Positions 61,301-64,000 of a stretch of 64,000 nucleotides of DNA are shown piece by piece. The notes under the pieces are model-generated. The model was not told where the DNA came from. It did no database searches and saw only the letters and a list, made by a program, of their open reading frames with translations. The stretch is taken from NCBI GenBank assembly GCA_031400715.1, contig JANNQK010000264.1, positions 4,094 through 68,093 of the forward strand, given 5' to 3'. Both the position numbers and the translations under genes were made by a program. The DNA is from Actinomycetes bacterium (lineage in GTDB: Bacteria > Actinomycetota > Acidimicrobiia > Acidimicrobiales > Ilumatobacteraceae). Within the stretch, counting starts at the first letter, position 1. Each line of letters starts with the position of its first letter.

Positions 61301-64000
61301 CCAACTGCTGGTCGGCTCGGTGTGCAGCGGCCCATCGACGAGCGACCTGCGGATGTACGTGTACGGGTTCGATCCGATCGCCAGGTCGTTCACGACAACA
61401 CCGCTGTTCGAATCATCCCTCGTCTACACCCGCGGCCGGCCCGGCAACAGCTGTGGTCCCAACGGCGCACTCGGCAACTGGAATCCCTGGACCACGCGCA
61501 ACGTGTTCGACGGTTCGAGCACGCCGGTGTACTGCGCCTACACACAGCCGATGCTCTCCGACATCGAGGTCGACGACGACGGTGCGCTGATCCTGGGCAT
61601 CCGCGATCGTTTCGGCGATCAGGCGGGCGAGGACGTGCCGGCCGGAACCAACGGCGGTGGCGGCGAGGGTGTCTCCGGTGGCGAACTGCTTCGTGCGTGC
61701 CGGTCGGGCAGCACCTGGGTGCTCGAGAGCAACGGCGTGTGCGGCGGACGAACGTCGTTGGCGGTCGGCAACACCCAAGGGCCCGGTGGCAAGGAGTTCT
61801 ACAGCGACGGGTTCGCCACTGCCACGGGCACGGGTAGCAATCATCAGGAGGTCTCGATCGGCGGCTTGGCGAAGGTGCCGGGCTTCACGACGGTTGCGCA
61901 CACCGTGTTCGACCCCAGCACGACCAACGGCTCCGACTGGCGCGCCGGTGGCATCCGTCGTAACAGCAACCAGAACGGTCTCGTCAGCGGCTTCTTCCAG
62001 TTGTTCGACAAGTGCGACAGCTCGGGTCTCGCGTGCCCGGTGGGCCGCACGAAGACGCTCACGTTCGGCAAGGTGAACGGACTCGGCGATCTGGTCGCGC
62101 TCTGCGACATGGCGCCGGTCGAGGTGGGCAACCGCGTCTGGGCCGACGAGAACGGCAACGGCGTGCAGGATCCGGGTGAACCAGCAGTTCCCGGCGTGCC
62201 GGTGAGCCTCCAGATCGGCTCGTCGACCTACACGGTCGTCACGGATGGCAATGGGGCGTATCGCTTCTCCAGCGATGGTCGGTTCAGCGACGCGCTCGGC
62301 GTGGACTTCGGTGTGCCGCAGATGACCGAGGGCGCTACCGCAACGATCAGCTTCCCACCGACCGTCACCATCGGCGGCACCCTGCGCCCGATCACGAGGC
62401 GGGATGCAGCCGGCTCGAACGACGCCATCGACTCCGACGCAGACGAAGGCACCGGACAGCTGACGATCGCCGTCGGCGGCGCCGGCGACAACGATCACAC
62501 CTACGACGCCGGCTACGCGTCGCGCTACTCCGTCGGCGACTTCGTGTGGGACGACCGCAACAACGACGGCACCTTCCAAGTGGGCGAACCCGGGATCGAC
62601 GGGGTCACCGTCCGACTCATGGCCGATGGCGACGACAACGGCATTCCGGACGGGCCTGCGCTCGCATCGCAGTCGACGTCGAGCGGTGGGTACTACCGCT
62701 TCACCGATCTCGCCACCGGCACGTACGTGGTGGAGGTCGAAACACCGAGCGGATTCAGGTCGAGCACCGGTCAGAATGCCTCGGCCACCGGTCCGTACGA
62801 AGGGGCCGCCACACCCGACCCGGACACCGTCGCGATCGATGGCGACGACAACGGCACTGCCACCGATCCGAGCGGAACCATCGTTCGGTCGGCGTCGGTC
62901 TCACTCGGTTCGTTCGAGCCCATCGGAGAGCCTGCCACGCCCGGCCATCCAGACGCCGCAGAGGATCGGCGCGCCAACGCGACGGTCGACTTCGGCTTCT
63001 TCCGCCCGCTCTCGATCGGCAACCTGGTCTGGGACGATGCCGACGACAGCGGTACCTTCGACAGCGGCGAGACAGGTATCCCAGGCGTGACCGTTCTGCT
63101 CCGCCAGGGCAACACGGTGCTCGACTCGACGACCACCGATGTGGACGGTCGCTACCTCTTCGCGTTGTTGTCGAGCGGTCAGTACGAGGTGGAGGTGGTC
63201 GCCCCGAGCGGATACCTGACCTCCACCGGTCGCAACGGGGCCGGCGACTCGGAGCCGGGGCCTGACGCCGATCTCGACAACGACGACGACGACGACAACG
63301 GCACGAACGTGTTCGGCGGCATTCGGACCGCGACCCTCGACCTCACCACGACGGCAGAACCCACCGCGGACGATGACACGTCGCCTGTCGGGGTCACCGA
63401 TCCAGCCGCAGACGCCGATGCGAACTACACCGTCGACTTCGGGCTGTGGCGACCTGTCAGCATCGGCAACCTGGTGTGGTCCGATGTCGATGACGACGGG
63501 ATGTACGACATCGGCGAGCCCGGCGTGCCGGGCGTCCCCGTCCGCCTCTTCGCGGCCGACGGTACGACCGAGATCGAGATCGGCCCCGACGGTGTTCTCG
63601 ACACCAGCGACGATGCGCCTGGCGGCATGATGAGCGATGCCAACGGGCGGTATCGGTTCACCAACCTGCGCCCCGCGACGTACCGCGTGCAGGTTGCCGT
63701 GCCCTCCGGATGGCGCACCTCGTCGGTCGCCGACAGCGGCGATGCCAACGACGACACCGACAACGACAACAACGGCGGCCCCCGAGCCACCGGCAACGCA
63801 CTCGCGGGCCACGTGGAACTGTCGGTCGGCACCGAACCGGTCGCCGACGGCGACGGCGACGCAAGCTCGAATCTCACGGTCGATGTCGGTCTGTTCCAAC
63901 CGAATCCGTCGATGGCGCTCCTGAAGGCCACCAACGGGTGCGACGCCGACACCCCCACGGGAGCGATCGGGCCATCTGGCGGCTGCCCTCCCGGCGACGG
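58335..64000 (+). CDS. Giant fusion ORF (3' partial): 2 TM + GT2-like domain + TM bundle + PilZ + TM + surface protein with SdrD-B-like repeats
   Basis: Manual codon-by-codon translation of the frame with codon starts divisible by 3 found no stop from 57765 to the window end (the last stop is TAG at 57762-57764). The ORF is absent from the track, probably because it has no stop. Candidate GTG starts are at 58335 (GGAG 8 nt upstream) or 58347. Confidence 0.8.
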   Translation, partial: MESIVNEAEPKVERAWWTVAAISVGLAYLGWRSVATLDGVPAWLGWPVLGIEALGVLGVIILLLGLARQPLHTDGTAHATAKADVIVRVEAEPLGRIAATLAGLRRAENVASTTILTFSEREDVRHLAAEHGIEVYYVDPEVDATGLQMALRVGKSPFLVILDAGDVPMPNMADVLVRHAYDGRIAGVRGAVDSWATDSAEHDSRGNHLLRFEREVLYPAAGRAAVLHGSGVLLRRWAIEHVGVPKGPRRTVELRLSMRLRKAGLEVVAPADPVLVSVYAANTAAAVALERRRDTAAAVRMLRSTDGPLLARGLQWRDRIALLATFVRPLSGIRRALFVTAIVASLLSGELPMRGPVLGFVVLWLPWMLLQSIALRVASLGRLDWGDSARWSFSTMGSSVAALFGAGDPVIGAGRNQPRHGAFREFTSNRPITATLAGLAVVVPFVAISDRFTGWLPPMPIAERAALLAVTMWAIAVMLDVMRCLNGARQLRRAPRIATEFPGSVGDLGATIIDLTPYGAGAITDEPVDVGQEVHVCFDVPSAQDRTSVVAVGVVRSVRTTPHGTVSGIEFVSMDDASSDALFEYCEVIHSQDHFATRSRSRAERRAQPQIPRVMVPSRRMGVRLSAALVLLGVVVATAPPFRSIEAAPVAAGGAITVTMFQDHNANGIRNLAADTTNPALDTGVPGATVTATCLTDDGGDTTAGTGDGETYSSAVTAVDAGGGVYDLTNLPGTPCRIEVTALPAGFEPGPLGVDNGGLVQFAGAGAAVSIGVNRPDEFCQDNPTLVTSCMTFGDPAYGAGADFATIKSFSYNASGSLWGGPVPTETPVTLATNKEIGSVFGLEYQRAARTLYLAAYTKVYAGFGPGGPGAIYQIDPSTGGATMFATIPNAGSLPARAGYAPNPNSVSGDWLQDGQYWNAVGTTSLGDLQLSPDGSTLWVVNLADRQLYPVDTATATVGTPVAIPLAVGAVGACAAPDVRPFGLGRLDGQLLVGSVCSGPSTSDLRMYVYGFDPIARSFTTTPLFESSLVYTRGRPGNSCGPNGALGNWNPWTTRNVFDGSSTPVYCAYTQPMLSDIEVDDDGALILGIRDRFGDQAGEDVPAGTNGGGGEGVSGGELLRACRSGSTWVLESNGVCGGRTSLAVGNTQGPGGKEFYSDGFATATGTGSNHQEVSIGGLAKVPGFTTVAHTVFDPSTTNGSDWRAGGIRRNSNQNGLVSGFFQLFDKCDSSGLACPVGRTKTLTFGKVNGLGDLVALCDMAPVEVGNRVWADENGNGVQDPGEPAVPGVPVSLQIGSSTYTVVTDGNGAYRFSSDGRFSDALGVDFGVPQMTEGATATISFPPTVTIGGTLRPITRRDAAGSNDAIDSDADEGTGQLTIAVGGAGDNDHTYDAGYASRYSVGDFVWDDRNNDGTFQVGEPGIDGVTVRLMADGDDNGIPDGPALASQSTSSGGYYRFTDLATGTYVVEVETPSGFRSSTGQNASATGPYEGAATPDPDTVAIDGDDNGTATDPSGTIVRSASVSLGSFEPIGEPATPGHPDAAEDRRANATVDFGFFRPLSIGNLVWDDADDSGTFDSGETGIPGVTVLLRQGNTVLDSTTTDVDGRYLFALLSSGQYEVEVVAPSGYLTSTGRNGAGDSEPGPDADLDNDDDDDNGTNVFGGIRTATLDLTTTAEPTADDDTSPVGVTDPAADADANYTVDFGLWRPVSIGNLVWSDVDDDGMYDIGEPGVPGVPVRLFAADGTTEIEIGPDGVLDTSDDAPGGMMSDANGRYRFTNLRPATYRVQVAVPSGWRTSSVADSGDANDDTDNDNNGGPRATGNALAGHVELSVGTEPVADGDGDASSNLTVDVGLFQPNPSMALLKATNGCDADTPTGAIGPSGGCPPGD
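59797..60100 (+). other. PilZ domain region within the giant ORF
   Basis: RQLRR (RxxxR, 59799-59813), then DLTPYG (D-x-S/T-x-x-G, 59874-59891), then VVRSVRTTPHGTVSGIEFVSMDD. Confidence 0.6.
62113..64000 (+). repeat. Protein-level SdrD-B/Cna-B-type repeats within the giant ORF
   Basis: VGNRVWADENGNGVQDPGEPAVPGVPV; VGDFVWDDRNNDGTFQVGEPGIDGVTV; IGNLVWDDADDSGTFDSGETGIPGVTV; IGNLVWSDVDDDGMYDIGEPGVPGVPV. Each is followed by G.Y.F..L..G.Y.V. Confidence 0.7.

Noticed and set aside
1-64000. A prophage, an integrative element or an IS explaining the accessory character of the region.
   Set aside because: I found no integrase, transposase, recombinase, phage structural gene, tRNA attachment site or long terminal inverted/direct repeats by eye. 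The mosaic is better described as a lineage-specific variable region. A proper search (ISfinder, PHASTER) is still needed.

Overview
High-GC, GC3-rich actinobacterial-type chromosomal segment. G+C was not computed, and no taxon can be assigned from the sequence alone. The left edge is core: the rpoC 3' end, then rpsL and rpsG. An intrinsic-terminator-like hairpin follows rpsG, and fusA/tuf are absent downstream. The remaining ~60 kb reads as an accessory-like mosaic of secreted proteins, lipoproteins, regulators and nucleic-acid enzymes. I saw no rRNA, tRNA, CRISPR array, integrase or transposase by eye.

Main points:
1. The supplied ORF track misses an open frame running from about 58.3 kb off the right edge (>5.6 kb). 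I translated it codon by codon and found no stop. It joins a BcsA-like TM/GT2-like/PilZ protein in-frame to a giant surface protein with SdrD-B-type repeats. The PilZ c-di-GMP motifs look intact, while the GT2 catalytic motifs look degenerate.
2. Four NERD-family genes occur as two paralog pairs, each bracketing a module. One pair brackets MocR-DMT-RidA. The other brackets a SEC-C protein and a small DUF7002-like protein with an ADP-ribosyltransferase-like signature. All four carry a CCGATGA box 10-12 nt upstream of their start codon, and one pair shares a 35-nt leader that is 32/35 identical.
3. An XPB (Ercc3) helicase and its Rv0862c-like partner are bracketed by two paralogous ComF-like phosphoribosyltransferase-fold genes, next to a large SARP/STAND regulator.
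4. There is a GDPD-like/patatin membrane fusion joined by a PEIxxP tandem repeat.
5. There is a gene-decay zone at 32.4-33.4 kb, an in-frame TAA splitting a lipoprotein gene, a structured leader upstream of a HupE/UreJ transporter, and several short intergenic tandem repeats at gene 3' ends.

All family calls are by-eye motif recognition and need HMM or BLAST confirmation.
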